Assembly: GCA_964016885.1 (NCBI GenBank)
Contig: OZ024761.1
Span: forward strand, 868,001-932,000
Source of the DNA: Eledone cirrhosa
Lineage: Eukaryota
Length of the DNA stretch: 64,000 nucleotides
Reading direction: 5' to 3'
The number at the start of each line of letters is the position of its first letter. Position 1 is the first letter of the stretch. The notes beneath the pieces are model-generated. The model did not search any database. It was not told where the DNA came from and saw only the letters and a program-made list of their open reading frames with translations. This document shows, piece by piece, positions 47,226 through 61,846 of this stretch. The translations under genes were made by a program, and so were the position numbers.

Positions 47226-47230
<5 letters not shown>
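46928..47230 (-). mobile_element. Rearranged relic of the 33011-33540 PLE-derived family
   Basis: TCAAATG.TTAAAATTT.GCTTCGTTTATTACTGCTATATATA and GTTGGTTGTATACCAACACCTCAGTATGCAG match that element. Confidence 0.7.
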
Positions 47231-47289
<59 letters not shown>

Positions 47290-47704
47290 ATATATGTATA
47301 TATGTATGTATATATATCTAGTTATATTGATACACTCTAGTGAAGGTTAATGGACAACAGACAACACAGTTTGGCAGCACTCCAGTTCAGTTCAATAGAG
47401 TTCAATAATTGTATGTGTGTGTGTATGTGCTTGTGTGTGTGTATGTGCTTGTGTGTGTGTGTGTGTGTATGTGTGTACATGTGTAACAGATAATGTGGAG
47501 AGATAATTGATGAGTTAGGAGAGGTAGTAGTGGGAGGTGGGAGGGGAGAGCGTGCAATAAAAGAGGGGGGAGCTAACAGTAAACATACTAGAACAGGTAA
47601 CTCACAACTATGATAGATTACCTTTCTCTATATATTTATATACACACACACATACATGCACATACATATATATATATATACACACACACACATATATATA
47701 CACA

Positions 47705-47753
<49 letters not shown>

Positions 47754-47797
47754 ACATACATACACATATATATATATACATATATATATACATATAC

Positions 47798-47830
<33 letters not shown>

Positions 47831-47882
47831 TATATATATACACACACATATATATACACACACACATATATACACACACACA

Positions 47883-47917
<35 letters not shown>

Positions 47918-47930
47918 CATATATATATAT

Positions 47931-47963
<33 letters not shown>

Positions 47964-47987
47964 CTCATATATATATATATACATGTA

Positions 47988-48060
47988 CAGGATGTCCCAA
48001 AAATGTATACACATTTTCATTAGAATGCTGAAGTGTGTATACATTTTTTGGGACACCCTG
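47988..48060. mobile_element. 73-bp Tc1/mariner-type hairpin MITE
   Basis: TA-CAGGATGTCCCAAAAATGTATACACA...TGTGTATACATTTTTTGGGACACCCTG-TA. Confidence 0.8.
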
Positions 48061-48142
48061 TATAAATATTACATATAATATATATGCATATATATATACA
48101 TAATGCATGTGTATATATATATATATGTGCATGTATGTGTGC

Positions 48143-48176
<34 letters not shown>

Positions 48177-49904
48177 TACATATACAGTCCATAATCAGAA
48201 ATAACACCAATTTTTTTCTGACCTCAAATAGCAGCTTTACACCCACCCACAAACACACTAACTCGTTTTCAAGTCCTCTCCTCACAGCCAACCATCCAAC
48301 AGAACACCAGCCACGAGGAGCACAATATGTGGTCAGTCGAAGTGCTAGAAATATCAGCCAAATGCACAACCATCACACACCTCCCATCTACCACCCCTAG
48401 GGAACCAAACACAGATATTCCTCAGGCCTCTGGTTTGAGGGTACCCTCGTAGAAAACCCTGGAATATGTCACAGACGTTGCCCTCACCTTTCCGACGAAA
48501 AAGTTAAACACACACACACTTACATGCAAACATGTACATACAAACACACACATACACACAAACAGTATGTCCTCAATATGAAAGACCTTAGAGTACCAAA
48601 ATCAACAATGTAAAAGATTACTCATCCCCCTCCGGGGTCAAAAAAATAGAACACTGCCTTAGGAACTGTTATTACAGACCCAGACCCAACTCAGGCAGTA
48701 AATTCCAATTAAATTAACAACCAAGCTGGGGGCTTTACCTATTGGGACCTTAATTTCCTTTGCTAATTTCCAATAATCACATCATATCCCTCCCCCTTTA
48801 ATCACATCACATACACCCCAACCCCATAAGCTCATCACATCCCTCCTCCCCTATAATCACATACACCCCAACCCCATAAGCTCATCACATCCCTCTTCCC
48901 CTATAATCACATACACCCCAACCCCTTAACCACATCACATCCCTCCTCCCCTATAATCACATACACCCCAAGCCCATAGCTACATCACATCACATCCCTC
49001 CCCACTATAATCACATCACATACACTCCAACTCCATAACCACATCACATCATACACATCCCCCCAGGTGGGTGGGTAGGTATGTGTGAGAGAGAGTAGAT
49101 TGGCAGCCCAGTAGGGGAAATGAGTGTAACAAACCAGTAATAAATTCAATAGTCAATGAAGAATCAGACAGATTTTATAAGAAGCAACAAAATATTTTGT
49201 ACTGAGTGGGGGGGGGGGGGGGGGGGTCATTGGGGGGGGGGGGGGATATCTGGGCAGTTAATTTAGATATGTAACATAGGCATACATATAGACATACATA
49301 GACTGATACACATACAAACACATTGCGGAAATATCTGGTAGTTAATGTAGGCATACACATAGACACACACATAGAAATACATGGGCACACACACTCACAT
49401 ACATATATAAACACATGATGTAGGTGATGATGATGATAGTGGTGGTGATGATGATGGTAGTGGTGGTGATGATGATGGTAGTGGTGATGATTCTGATGGT
49501 GGTGGTGATGATAGAGGTGATGAGGATAGTGGTAGAGGTGATGGTATAGACGATGATGATGATGGTGATGATGGTGATAGTGATGATAGAGGTGATGAGG
49601 ATAGTGGTAGAGAATGGTGATGATGATGTAGGTGATAACAGAGATGATAGCAATGGATTATTCAATCACTAAATACAGCCTCCAAATAATCAATAAGAGT
49701 CTGAGCTATCATTAGTTTTATTTTTTTACATCATACATCTTACCATATCGATGAAGCAAGTTCAGCATCCAACATTGTTTAACTGCAGTAGCTAACAGCC
49801 AGTGTTCCTCCTGCACCCATTGCAGCTTTCATAATCAGCTGTGGCCCCCTTGTCAGGTGATTTGCGCTGTCCATCAATTCTCCTTTATCCATTGTAACTT
49901 CTAT

Positions 49905-51065
49905 AATCACTGTAATGTGGTTGTGTAGTTGTCACGCCAAAAAGCACCCAGCCCACACAGTAACGTGGTTGTGTAGGTATCATGACAAAAAGCCCCCAGT
50001 CCACACTTTAAATTGGTGGTGTAGGCACCACAGTAAAAAGCCCCCAGTTCTCACTGTAAAGTGCTCATGTAGGCACCACAGTAAAAAGCCCCCAGTTCAC
50101 ACTGTAAAGTGCTCATGTAGGCACCACAGTAAAAAGCCCCCAGTTCTCACTGTAAAGTGGTCTTGTAGGCACCACAGTAAAAAGCCCCCAGTTCACACTG
50201 TAAAGTGGTCATGTAGGCACCACAGTAAAAAGCCCCCAGTTCACACTGTAAAGTGGTCATGTAGGCACCACAGTAAAAATCCCCCAGTTCTCACTGTAAA
50301 GTGGTCATGCAAGCACCACAGTAAAAAGCCCCCAGTTCACACTGTAAAGTGGTCATGTAGGCACCACAGTAAAAATCCCCCAGTTCTCACTGTAAAGTGG
50401 TCATGCAAGCACCACAGTAAAAAGCCCCCAGTTCACACTGTAAAGTGGTCATGTAGGCACCACAGTAAAAAGCCCCCAGTTCACACTGTAAAGTGGTCAT
50501 GTAGGCACCACAGTAAAAATCCCCCAGTTCTCACTGTAAAGTGGTCATGCAAGCACCACAGTAAAAAGCCCCCAGTTCACACTGTAAAGTGGTCATGTAG
50601 GCACCACAGTAAAAAGCCCCCAGTTCACACTGTAAAGTGGTCATGTAGGCACCACAGTAAAAAGCCCCCAGTTCACACTGTAAAGTGGTCATGTAGGCAC
50701 CACAGTAAAAAGCCCCCAGTTCACACTGTAAAGTGGTCGTGTAGGCACCACAGTAAAAAGCCCCCAGTTCACACTGTAAAGTGGTCATGTAGGCACCACA
50801 GTAAAAAGCCCCCAGTTCACACTGTAAAGTGGTCATGTAGGCACCACAGTAAAAAGCCCCCAGTTCACACTGTAAAATGGTCGTGTAGGCACCACAGTAA
50901 AAAGCCCCCAGTTCACACTGTAAAGTGGTCATGTAGGCACCACAGTAAAAAGCCCCCAGTTCACACTGTAAAGTGGTCATGTAGGCACCACAGTAAAAAG
51001 CCCCCAGTTCACACTGTAAAGTGGTTGTGTAGGCACCACAGTAAAAAGCTCCCAGTACTCACTGG
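49905..51065 (+). repeat. 48-bp minisatellite (about 24 units) derived from the SINE/RTE 3' body
   Basis: Unit CCCCCAGTTCACACTGTAAAGTGGTCATGTAGGCACCACAGTAAAAAG. The array runs directly into GGTTGGTGTTAGGAAGGGCATCCAGC. Confidence 0.95.
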
Positions 51066-52170
51066 TTGGTGTTAGGAAGGGCATCCAGCTGTAGATATCA
51101 AGCCAAAATCAGTTGTGTATGAGCAAAACATGGTCACCTGACCTGGCATTGCCCACAACAGGACAGTAGAGAGTAATATAAATGCTAAAGGGTTAACAAG
51201 GATGTAAAATCGAAAACAAACCCATGTTATCCACAAACTCCAGCAAACACAAACCATAATCCTACACTCAACGCCACCTACCTTACACGTACTATATAAG
51301 TCATGAATTAAAATTAAACACACACACATGTTGATACATTAAACACACGCTCACACACACACACACATTGATACATTAAATACACAAACATACACACATA
51401 TTGATACATGAAACACACATACACATATATTGATACATTAAATACACACACATATTGATACATGAAACACACATACACATATATTGATACATTAAATACA
51501 CACACATATTGATACATTAAACACACACACACATACATATTGATAAATTAAACACACACACACATACATATTGATAAATTAAACACACACACACACACAC
51601 ACACATACATATTGATAAATTAAGCATACACATACATGATACATTAAACACACATACATATTGATACATTAAACACACACAGACATACATATTGATACAT
51701 TAAACACATATTACTACATTAATCACACTTATATTTATATATATATATATATATAGTAGAATAATCGAGTATCGAAAAATCGGCGCACGAGATCACGACA
51801 AACAATATTCGATATGAGCGGCAGAGGGCTCAATAATTCAGATAAATCAGAGCTATAACTATCGTTAAAATACCGTCACACATAGAACAAGTCTATAATC
51901 AACCGTACGACCGAAAGATTGCGATCTGGAAGATTCGGGACATTCAGAAAAAAATATCAAAAAATCAATAAATCAAATGAATGTAAAAAGCATACCCGGA
52001 CCCGCTAGAAAGATGGTAAATCTAGCTTCTTGGGTTTCTGTAAATCCTTAAACTGCCCTCTATCAGATATATATATATATAGAAGAGATATTTAATTTGT
52101 TGGAAATCCAACAAATATAGATGTTTATAACTGATTCAGAGCACTCGACTGATATCTGGAGTAAGTACTC

Positions 52171-52427
52171 AATGATATTAAATAAATACAAAATGTTTTA
52201 TAAATATTTGACATGACCAAGGATAATATACCTTAACGGTTCAAGTTATCTCTGGAAAGGATAACTTGAACCGTTAAAGTATATTATCCTTGGTCATGTC
52301 AAATATTTATAAAACATTTTGTATTTTATCTGATGATAGCGTACCAAAATTTTTGGTACCCTTGAAATATATATAATAGAATAAATATGGTTTTATAAAT
52401 ATAGTTTCCATTTATTTAATATCATTG
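52171..52427 (+). mobile_element. Non-coding PLE-derived fold-back with hammerhead at 52322-52383
   Basis: Arms at about 52184-52250 and 52260-52326. Motif TATTTTAT-CTGATGA-stem II (GTACCAAAA/TTTTGGTAC)-GAAA-TATATA-TA-ATAGAATA. Confidence 0.72.
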
Positions 52428-52434
52428 TATATAT

Positions 52435-52780
52435 GGAGGCACATGGCTTAGTGGTTAGAGCATTGGCCTTGCAATCGAAAGGTTGTGAGTTCAATTCTCA
52501 GACCGGGTGATGTGTTGTTTCCTTGAGCAAGACACTTTATTTCACATTGCTCCAGTTTACTCAGCTGTAGAAATGAGATGATAGGGACTGGGGTCCCTAT
52601 CATTCCACTGCAAAGTGGTCGTGGAGGTGCCACGGCAAAAAAGCACCGAGCACTCACTGTAAATGAGGTTGGTGTTAGGAAGGGCATCCAGCTGTAGAAA
52701 TCAAGCCAGAATCAGTTCCTGTCCCACCCTTGCAAGCAGGGAAAAGCGGACGTAAAATGAAATGAAAATGAAATGAAAAT
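52435..52780 (+). mobile_element. SINE family 1
   Basis: Matches 4198-4531. Confidence 0.92.
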
Positions 52781-52788
52781 ATATATAT

Positions 52789-52941
52789 ATCATCATCATT
52801 TTTACGTCCGCCTTTGCCTGCTTTCAAGGGTGGGACGGGTCGTATTCAGCACAGCACCTCTCCATTCGTCACGCTCCTTTGTCATCTCCTCCATGAGCTT
52901 CAGTGATCTGAGGTCAGCTTTCACCACCTCCACCCATGTTT
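52789..52941 (-). mobile_element. 3' end of another RTE family (likely tail donor of SINE family 1)
   Basis: KTWVEVVKADLRSLKLMEEMTKERDEWRGAVLNTTRPTLESRQRRT* followed by (ATG)n. Confidence 0.8.
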
Positions 52942-53017
52942 TATATATATAGATAGATACATTAAACATATATATATATAGATACATTAAACATATATAT
53001 ATTGACACATTAATCAC

Positions 53018-53055
<38 letters not shown>

Positions 53056-53280
53056 ACACATTAATCACACGTATATATATATATATTGATATATTGATCA
53101 CACACATTGGTACATTAAACACATATTGATACATTAAATACAAGACACACACACACATTAATACATTCAACAAACCCACACACACACCTAATTACCTGGT
53201 CTCATCAGATCAATTTAAATTACAATAGTCTATCTAGTGTAGAGTTATATGAAGTATAACGAAACTATTGTTGATTGTGT

Positions 53281-53663
53281 AATAATTGTTTCTACTATTG
53301 GCACAAGGCCAGCAATTACTCAGTACATTACTGGTACTTTATTTTATCGACCCTGTAAGGATGAAAGGCAAAGTTAACTTCGGCGGAATTTGAACTCAGA
53401 ATGGCAAGGGTTGTAACTCCATGTCAAAGCATGGAGTTACGGTCCTTGCCATTCTGAGTTCAAATCCTGCCGAGGTTATGATTGTGTAATAATGTTTCTA
53501 CTTTTGGCACAAGGCCAGCAATTATCCCAGTGCATTACCGGTACTTTATTTTATTGACCCCGTAAGGATGAAAGGCAAAGTAGAACTCAGAATGGCAAGG
53601 GACGTAACTCTATGCTGCAAAGCATGGTGTCCGACCCTCTACCGATACTGCCAATCCACCGCC
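53281..53663 (-). mobile_element. SINE family 2 cluster with internal fold-back (53376-53477)
   Basis: Two minus-strand copies. TTTGAACTCAGAATGGCAAGG...GTAACTCCATG is mirrored by CATGGAGTTAC...CCTTGCCATTCTGAGTTCAAA. Confidence 0.8.
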
Positions 53664-53684
53664 CCCCCCCCGTTCGTTGTGTAA

Positions 53685-55195
53685 TAATATCATCATCATT
53701 GTCATCACTATTGTCGTCATAATCGTCATGTCATCATCATCATCGACATCATCATCATCACTATCACACTCATCATCATCATTGACATCATCATCGACAT
53801 CAACATAATCATCATCATCATCACCACTCACCATTGTCCTCACTATCATCATCGACATCATCATCATCACCATCACACTCGTCATTGTTGTCGTCACTAT
53901 CACCATCGTCGACATCATCATCATCATCATTGTCCGTCATAAATCGTCATTGTCTTCATCATCGCCACCATCATCACCATCACTATGGTCATCATCATCA
54001 CCACCATCACCATCATGGTCATCATTGTCGTCATCATTATCGTCAACATAATCGTCGTTTTCATCCTCGTCACCATCATCATCATCATTATCGTCAACAT
54101 AATCGTCGTTTTCATCCTCGTCACCATCATCATCATCACCGTCATGATAATCGTCATTGTCTTCATCCTCATCGCCATCACCATCGTCATTGTCTTCACC
54201 ACCACCACCACCACCACACATTGTTATGACGTACTTATCTGATTGAGTGTAAAAATAACACCTTGAACCTAAATGACATCAGTTATATACAAAAACCTGA
54301 GACAGGAGCCACCACTACCACCACTACCACTACTACTACCACCACTGCCACTACTACTACCACCACTTCCACTACTACCACCACCACCACCACTACCACT
54401 ACTACTACCACTGCCACCACCACTACTACCAGCACTGCCACCACCGCCACAACCACCACCACCACCACTACTACCACGACCACCACCACCACCACTTCCA
54501 CTACTACCACCACCACCACCACTGCCACTACTACTACCACTGCCACCACCACTACTACCAGCACTGCCACCACCGCCACAACCACCACCACCACCACTAC
54601 CACCACCACCACCACCACTGCCACTACTACCACCACCACTTCCACTACTACCACCACCACCACCACTGCCACTACTACTACCACCACTACCACCACCACC
54701 AGTGCCACTACTACCACCACCACCACCACCACTGCTACTACTACTACCACTACCACCACCACTACCACTACTACTACCACTGCCACCACCACTACTACCA
54801 GCACTGCCACCACCGCCACAACCACCACCACCACCACTACTACCACGACCACCACCACCACCACTTCCACTACTACCACCACCACCACCACTGCCACTAC
54901 TACTACCACTGCCACCACCACTACTACCAGCACTGCCACCACCGCCACAACCACCACCACCACCACTACCACCACCACCACCACCACTGCCACTACTACC
55001 ACCACCACTTCCACTACTACCACCACCACCACCACTGCCACTACTACTACCACCACTACCACCACCACCAGTGCCACTACTACCACCACCACCACCACCA
55101 CTGCTACTACTACTACCACTACCACCATTACCACCACCACCACCACCACCACTGCCACTACCACCACGACTACTGCTACTACATCTATTACAACT
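53685..55195. repeat. (CAT/CGT)n then (ACC/ACT)n trinucleotide arrays; 369-bp higher-order duplication
   Basis: The landmark AGCACTGCC occurs at 54431, 54560, 54800 and 54929. Confidence 0.92.
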
Positions 55196-55196
55196 A

Positions 55197-55780
55197 ATAA
55201 TGATTTCTAGTATAGGCACAAGGCCAGTAATTTGGGGAAAGTTGATTAAATCGGCGTTACTGGTACTTTATTTTATCGACCCCGTAAGGATGAAAGGCAA
55301 AGTTAACCTCGGCGGGATTTGAACTCAGAATGGCAAGGGCCGTAACTCTATGCGTCAAATCATGGTGTCCGACCCTCCACTGATACTGCCAATTCACCGC
55401 CATAATAATAATAATGATTTCTAGTATAGGCACAAGGCCAGTAATTTGAGGGGAGGGGGAAGTCAATTAAATTGACCCCATTGCATTACTGGTGCTTTAT
55501 TTTATCGACCCCCGTAAGCAGGAAAAGCAAATCTAACCTCGGCGGGATTTGAACTCAGATCATAAAGGGCCGTAACTATGCTAGAAAGCATGGTGTCCGA
55601 CCCTCTACCGATACTGCCAATCCACCGCCCTAATCCATCGAATAATAATGATTTCTTTATTTATTAATGATAATGGTTTCTGATTTAGGTACAGGGACAA
55701 CAATTTTGGGGGAAGGGGAAAGTTGATTAAATCGACCCCAGTGCATTACTGGTACTTTATTTCATCAACTCCATAAGGAA
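55197..55780 (-). mobile_element. Three tandem SINE family 2 copies
   Basis: Repeated TACTGGTRCTTTATTTTATCGACCCC...GGCGGGATTTGAACTCAGA. Confidence 0.85.
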
Positions 55781-55784
55781 TCAT

Positions 55785-58110
55785 ACTATAACCATAACTA
55801 CAACATATACTACAACTTCAATTATTACAACAACCATTACAACATCAACATCTACTACAACCACTACAACAACTACATTTACTACACCTACTACAACCAC
55901 ACTAACATCTACTACACCAATAACTACTAGTACCACTACAACACCTACTACAACCACACCAACATCTACTACACCAATAACTACTAGTACCACTACAACA
56001 CCTACTACAACCACACCAACATCTACTACACCAATAACTACTAGTACCACTACAACACCTACTACAACCACACCAACATCTACTACACCAATAACTACTA
56101 GTACCACTACAACAACCACTACAACCACACCAACATCTACTACACCAAAAACTACTAGTACCACTACAACACCTACTACAACCACACCAACATCTACTAC
56201 ACCAATAACTACTAGTACCACTACAACACCTACTACAACTACACCAACATCTACTACACCAATAACTACTAGTACCACTACAACACCTACTACAACCACA
56301 CCAACATCTACTACACCAATAACTACTAGTACCACTACAACACTTACACCTACTACAACCACACCAACATCTACTACACCAATAACTACTAGTACCACTA
56401 CAACAACCACTACAACCACACCAACATCTACTACACCAATAACTACTAGAACCACTACAACACCTACACCTACTACAACCACACCAACATCTACTACACC
56501 AATAACTACTAGTACCACTACAACAACCACTACAACAACACCAACATCTACTACAACCACTACAACTATTACACCTACTACAACCACACCAACATCTACT
56601 AGTACCACTACAACAACACCAACATCTACTACAACCACTACAACTATTACACCTACTACAACCACACCAACATCTACTAGTACCACTACAACAACACCAA
56701 CATCTACTACAACCACTACAACTATTACACCTACTACAACCACTACTACAACATAGATTAGTTTCTGAAGAAACCAAAATAGTTTTAATCAGAGGTTTTA
56801 TTGTCTGCCATGACCTTTACCTAAAGTATGATGGTGGTGGTGGTGGTGGTAGTGGTGTGTACTGGTGGTGGTAGTGTGGTGGTGGTGGTAGTGGTGTGTA
56901 CTGGTGGTGGTAGTGGTAGTGTGGTGGTGGTGGTAGTGGTGGTGGTGGTAGTGGTGTGTACTGGTGGTGGTGGTAGTGGTGTGTACTGGTGGTGGTAGTG
57001 TGGTGGTGGTGGTAGTGGTGTGTACTGGTGGTAGTGTGGTGGTGGTGGTGGTAGTGGTGTGTACTGGTGGTGGTAGTGTGGTGGTGGTGGTAGTGGCGTG
57101 TACTGGTGGTAGTGTGGTGGTGATGGTAGTGGTGTGTACTGGTGGTAGTGTGGTGGTGGTGGTAGTGGCGTGTACTGGTGGTAGTGTGGTGGTGGTGGTA
57201 GTGGTGTGTACTGGTGGTAGTGTGGTGGTGGTGGTAGTGGTGTGTACTGGTGGTGGTAGTGTGGTGGTGGTGGTAGTGGTATGTACTGGTGGTAGTGTGG
57301 TGGTGGTGGTAGTGGTGTGTACTGGTGGTGGTAGTGTGGTGGTGGTGGTAGTGGCGTGTACTGGTGGTAGTGTGGTGGTGATGGTAGTGGTGTGTACTGG
57401 TGGTAGTGTGGTGGTGGTGGTGGTAGTGGTGGTAGTGGCGTGTACTGGTGGTAGTGGCGTGTACTGGTGGTAGTGGTGTGTACTGGTGGTAGTGTGGTGG
57501 TGGTGGTAGTGGCGTGTACTGGTGGTAGTGTGGTGGTGGTGGTAGTGCCGTGTACTGGTGGTAGTGTGGTGGTGGTGGTAGTGCCGTGTACTGGTGGTAG
57601 TGGCGTGTACTGGTGGTAGTGTGGTGGTGGTGGTGGTAGTGGCGTGTACTGGTGGTAGTGTGGTGGTGGTGGTGGTGAGGTGTACTGGTGGTAGTGTGGT
57701 GGTGGTGGCGTGTACTGGTGGTAGTGTGGTGGTGGTGGTAGTGGCGTGTACTGGTGGTAGTGTGGTGGTGGTGGTGGTGGTGAGGTGTACTGGTGGTAGT
57801 GTGGTGGTGGTGGCGTGTACTGGTGGTAGTGTGGTGGTGGTGGTAGTAGTGGCGTGTACTGGTGATGGTAGTGGCGTGTACTGGTGGTAGTGTGGTGGTT
57901 GTGGTGGTAGTGGCGTGTACTGGTGGTAGTGTGGTGGTTGTGGTAGTGCCGTGTACTGGTGGTAGTGGCGTGTACTGGTGGTAGTGTGATGGTGGTGGTA
58001 GTGGCGTGTACTGGTGGTAGTGTGGTGTGGTGTGGTGGTAGTGGCTTTAACTGGTGGTAGTGTGGTGGTGGTGGTAGTGGCGTTAACTGGTGGTAGTGTG
58101 GTGGTGATGG
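55785..58110. repeat. 57-bp ACT/ACC minisatellite (55785-56750) and GGT-based minisatellite (56830-58110)
   Basis: Units ACACCAACATCTACTACACCAATAACTACTAGTACCACTACAACACCTACTACAACC and GTGTACTGGTGGTAGTGTGGTGGTGGTGGTAGTG. Confidence 0.92.
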
Positions 58111-58341
58111 TCGCGGCAGAGGCATATAGTGGTGGCTGATAATGCCTTTATAATTGTTTCTACTTTAGGCACAAGGCCAGCAATTACCCAGTGCATTACT
58201 GGTACTTTATTTTATCGACCCCGTAAGGATGAAAGGCAAAATGTATGTTAGTGTGATCCTGATATACAAATAAAGATGCATATTTGTGTGTGTGTGTGTT
58301 TGTGTGTAAGTGTGTGTAAGTATGTATGTGTGTGTATATGC

Positions 58342-58391
<50 letters not shown>

Positions 58392-58566
58392 CTGCGTGTT
58401 GTGTTGAATTTAAGAATGCAAAATAAAACAAAAATAAAACAGAACCTCCCCAGTTATAGAATCTTTAAATGACAAGTACAGAAAACCTAAACTAAGCACA
58501 ACATACATATACATTACACACACACACAAGTGCATGTGTGTGTGTGTGTGTGTGTGTGTGTACATA

Positions 58567-60649
58567 TCATCATCATCATCGTTTAACGTCCATCTTCCAC
58601 GCTAGCATGGGTTTGGACGGGAATTTTCCCACTTGAGGAAAGATTGGTTGTCTTGCTCATATACGACTGTCTGGCGGGTTTTCTACGGCTGGATGCTCTT
58701 CCTAGCACCAACCACGTTTACAGTGTGGACTGGGAGGGAGGTTTTTACTGTGTTACCTACACGGCCACATTACAGCGTGGACTGTGTTTTTTTTGTCGTG
58801 ACACCTACACGACCTCATTTATTTAGGACTGGATGTTGTGGTACCAACATAACTTTACATCGAAAGGGGTGGTGTGGATGGGGTGGGGTAGTGGGATGGG
58901 GGTGTATTTTGGTAAGAGGTGCCTACTGACTGTAGGTTTCGCTTTGCACTTAGGCAAGGCGGGTCTTCTGTATTACTGCGTAGCGCCAAAGATCTCGGTC
59001 CAGTGACATTGTCTTGGAGAGGTGTAAGTGTGTGAGGTCGGAATTTATCAAGTCGTCCCAGGTTTTTCTGGGTCTGCCTACTCCGTGGCTACTATCTATT
59101 TTGATCGCGCTGCACTTTTTTATATGGCTGTCGTCTTTCATGCGCATCACGTGACCATACCAACGTAGTTTTCTCTCGAGTAAACAGCATCTGATCCCCC
59201 TTATTCCTACTTTCTCAATTAGTTCATTTATGCTTTGCCGTTCACGTATATTACTATTACACATCCAATGGAGCATGCAAGCTTCGTTCTTCTCCAGTCT
59301 GCGTAGATCCTCTGCACACAATGCCCAAGTCTCACTGCCATGTAACATTGCTGTTCGTATGCAGGCATCATACAGCCTGCCTTTCATTTTTAGAGAGAAA
59401 CCTTTAGCGGCCAATAGTGGTATAAGCTCTCTGAACTTTTTCCATCCTGTTCTGACTCTAGCTACTGTACTTTCAGAGCACCCTCCACCACTGCTGATTT
59501 TGTCACCCAGGTAACGGAAGGTGTCCACTATAGAACCATCTGTGCAATGGAATGAACTAGTATTCTGTGGGCACTTCCTGCTACTTATTGCACCTGAGCA
59601 CCGGCCACATATAAAATCTATATTCTTAGTTAGCTTACCTGTGATCCCACTACATCTTTTATGCACCCATACTTTGCATTTGGGACATAAAATGGAATTT
59701 CTGCCTACTCCTTTCCTACACACTGAGCATGGCCATTTCCCAGATGGGACCGGTGCCCTATTTTCCTTCCTACTAACTAGAACTTTAGTCTTAGACAGGT
59801 TAATTTTAAGGCCTTTTGATTCTAGGCCATGCTTCCATGTTTGGAATTTCTTCTCTAGTTCAGCCATTGATTCAGCTATAAGCGTTAGATCACCAGTGTA
59901 TAGGAGTTCCCATGGGCAGCCGGTCTTGAACTCCTCTATTATAGCCTGAAGGGCAATAATAAATAGGAGGGGGCTAAGGACGGAGCCCTGATGAACACCA
60001 ACTTTTACGCTAAACTCTTCACTATATTCGTTGTTAATTCTAACCTTGCTGACTGTTTCTTTATACATGGCTTGTATAGCTCTCACAAGCCATTCATCAA
60101 CACCTAGTTTTCTGAGAGCCCACCAGATAACAGGGCGTGAGACTCTGTCAAAGGCTTTCTCCAAGTCAACAAAAGCTAAGTATAGGGGTTTACTTTTAGC
60201 TAGGTACTTCTCCTGTAGTTGTCGTACAATGAAAAGAGCGTCTGTGGTACTTTTACCTGACACAAACCCGAGCTGCATTTCATCCAGATCAATTCGCTCT
60301 CTGATTAGTTGCGCTATTACTTTTTCTGTGACCTTCATGACCTGGTCAATTAATTTAATGCCTCTATAGTTTCCCCTATCTAGGGTATCTCCTTTACCCT
60401 TGTAGCAGTTAATGATGAAGCTGCTACGCCAGTCCTTCGGTACAACCCCATTCTGTATGACTTGGTTTACTATCCGGGTGACCATAGTGGGTCCCACCGT
60501 TCCAGATGCTTTCAGCATTTCAGCAACTATTTCCGAAGACCCAGCCGCCTTGCCCGTCTTCATATCTTTGATTGCCTTACTTATTATACTACCTTCAACT
60601 TGCACTGCTGGTCCCTCTATTGGATCGATGTGTGGGAGACCGTCTTTCT

Positions 60650-60651
<2 letters not shown>
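58567..60651 (-). mobile_element. RTE LINE, 5'-truncated, catalytically dead RT
   Basis: 551-aa ORF 58950..60605 with YADD changed to YTGD, then 3' UTR and ATG tail. (TA)n lies at the 5' junction. Confidence 0.95.
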
Positions 60652-60699
<48 letters not shown>

Positions 60700-60827
60700 G
60701 ATTTCTACAGACTAAGAAGAAAAAATTGGATAAATTTTGTCTGACTATTCTTCAGTTATAATTTTATATATATATAAAGTTATAATTTTATATATATATA
60801 TATATAAAATTATAACTTTGAAGAATA

Positions 60828-60868
<41 letters not shown>

Positions 60869-60875
60869 TGTGTCT

Positions 60876-60920
<45 letters not shown>

Positions 60921-61184
60921 AGTAAGTTCAGTTGACAGAGTGAAAAGTACAATGTCAGCCGTTTCAAGCTACTGTCCTTTAAAGGTAAGTTAAGGTGCCG
61001 GAACAGTGAACAAATGTTCACACAAACACAACCAATCCTACTTCTGTTGTTGCGTCACACCCTTCAGCAAGGTACTCAACTCTATTAATTATCAATTATT
61101 TCAGTTTGCTTGACTGAACAAAAAAAATAGTTACATTTGGCCATTTGCTCACTATTAGTCAAGTCTTCTAACAAAAAGATTGTT

Positions 61185-61778
61185 TATATGGCTCAAATCA
61201 GGTATTTGTCTTTTCCACAGCTCAAATCCCCTGGGTTTTTTTTCGAGAGCTCAAAGCTGTGAATCTGTGATATATGCAACATCAAGATGGATCAAAACAA
61301 CTGTGAACCTATATCGTGTGAGATATCCAGGTGCATCAAATCAACTGATTTTCTTTCTACAACTCAAATCTGTGTACCTGTAAAGTGTGAAATATCAAGA
61401 TGGCACAAATCATATGGATTTCTTTCTACAGTTCAAATCAGTGAACCTGGAATATGTGAGACATCAGGATGGATCAAATCAACTAGTTCTCTTTCTGCAA
61501 ATCAAAACTGTAGGCCTATAAAGTGTGGGGCATCAAAATGAATCTTATCTATTTCTCTTTCTACAGCTCAAAACTGAACTTATCAAGTGTGGGGCATCCA
61601 GATGGATCAAATATACTGGCTATCTTTCAGTAGTTCAAAACTGTGACCTATAAGATGTGTGCAAGCCACCCAGATAGCTCAAATCAATTGATTCTCTTCT
61701 ACAGCAAAAAGCTGTGAACCTGGAATTATTTAAAGTACTTAGATTGATCAAATCAACTGCCTTTATATATATTATTAT

Positions 61779-61846
<68 letters not shown>

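Noticed and set aside
49905-51065. CRISPR-like regular array
   Set aside because: Units are contiguous and near-identical with no unique spacers, there are no cas genes, the context is eukaryotic, and the unit derives from a SINE/LINE body.
53610-58125. Mucin-, extensin- or Gly-rich protein ORFs (poly-T, poly-P, poly-V, poly-G)
   Set aside because: Trinucleotide-derived arrays open in several frames on both strands, interleaved with SINEs, with no signal peptide, non-repeat domain or convincing splice boundaries.
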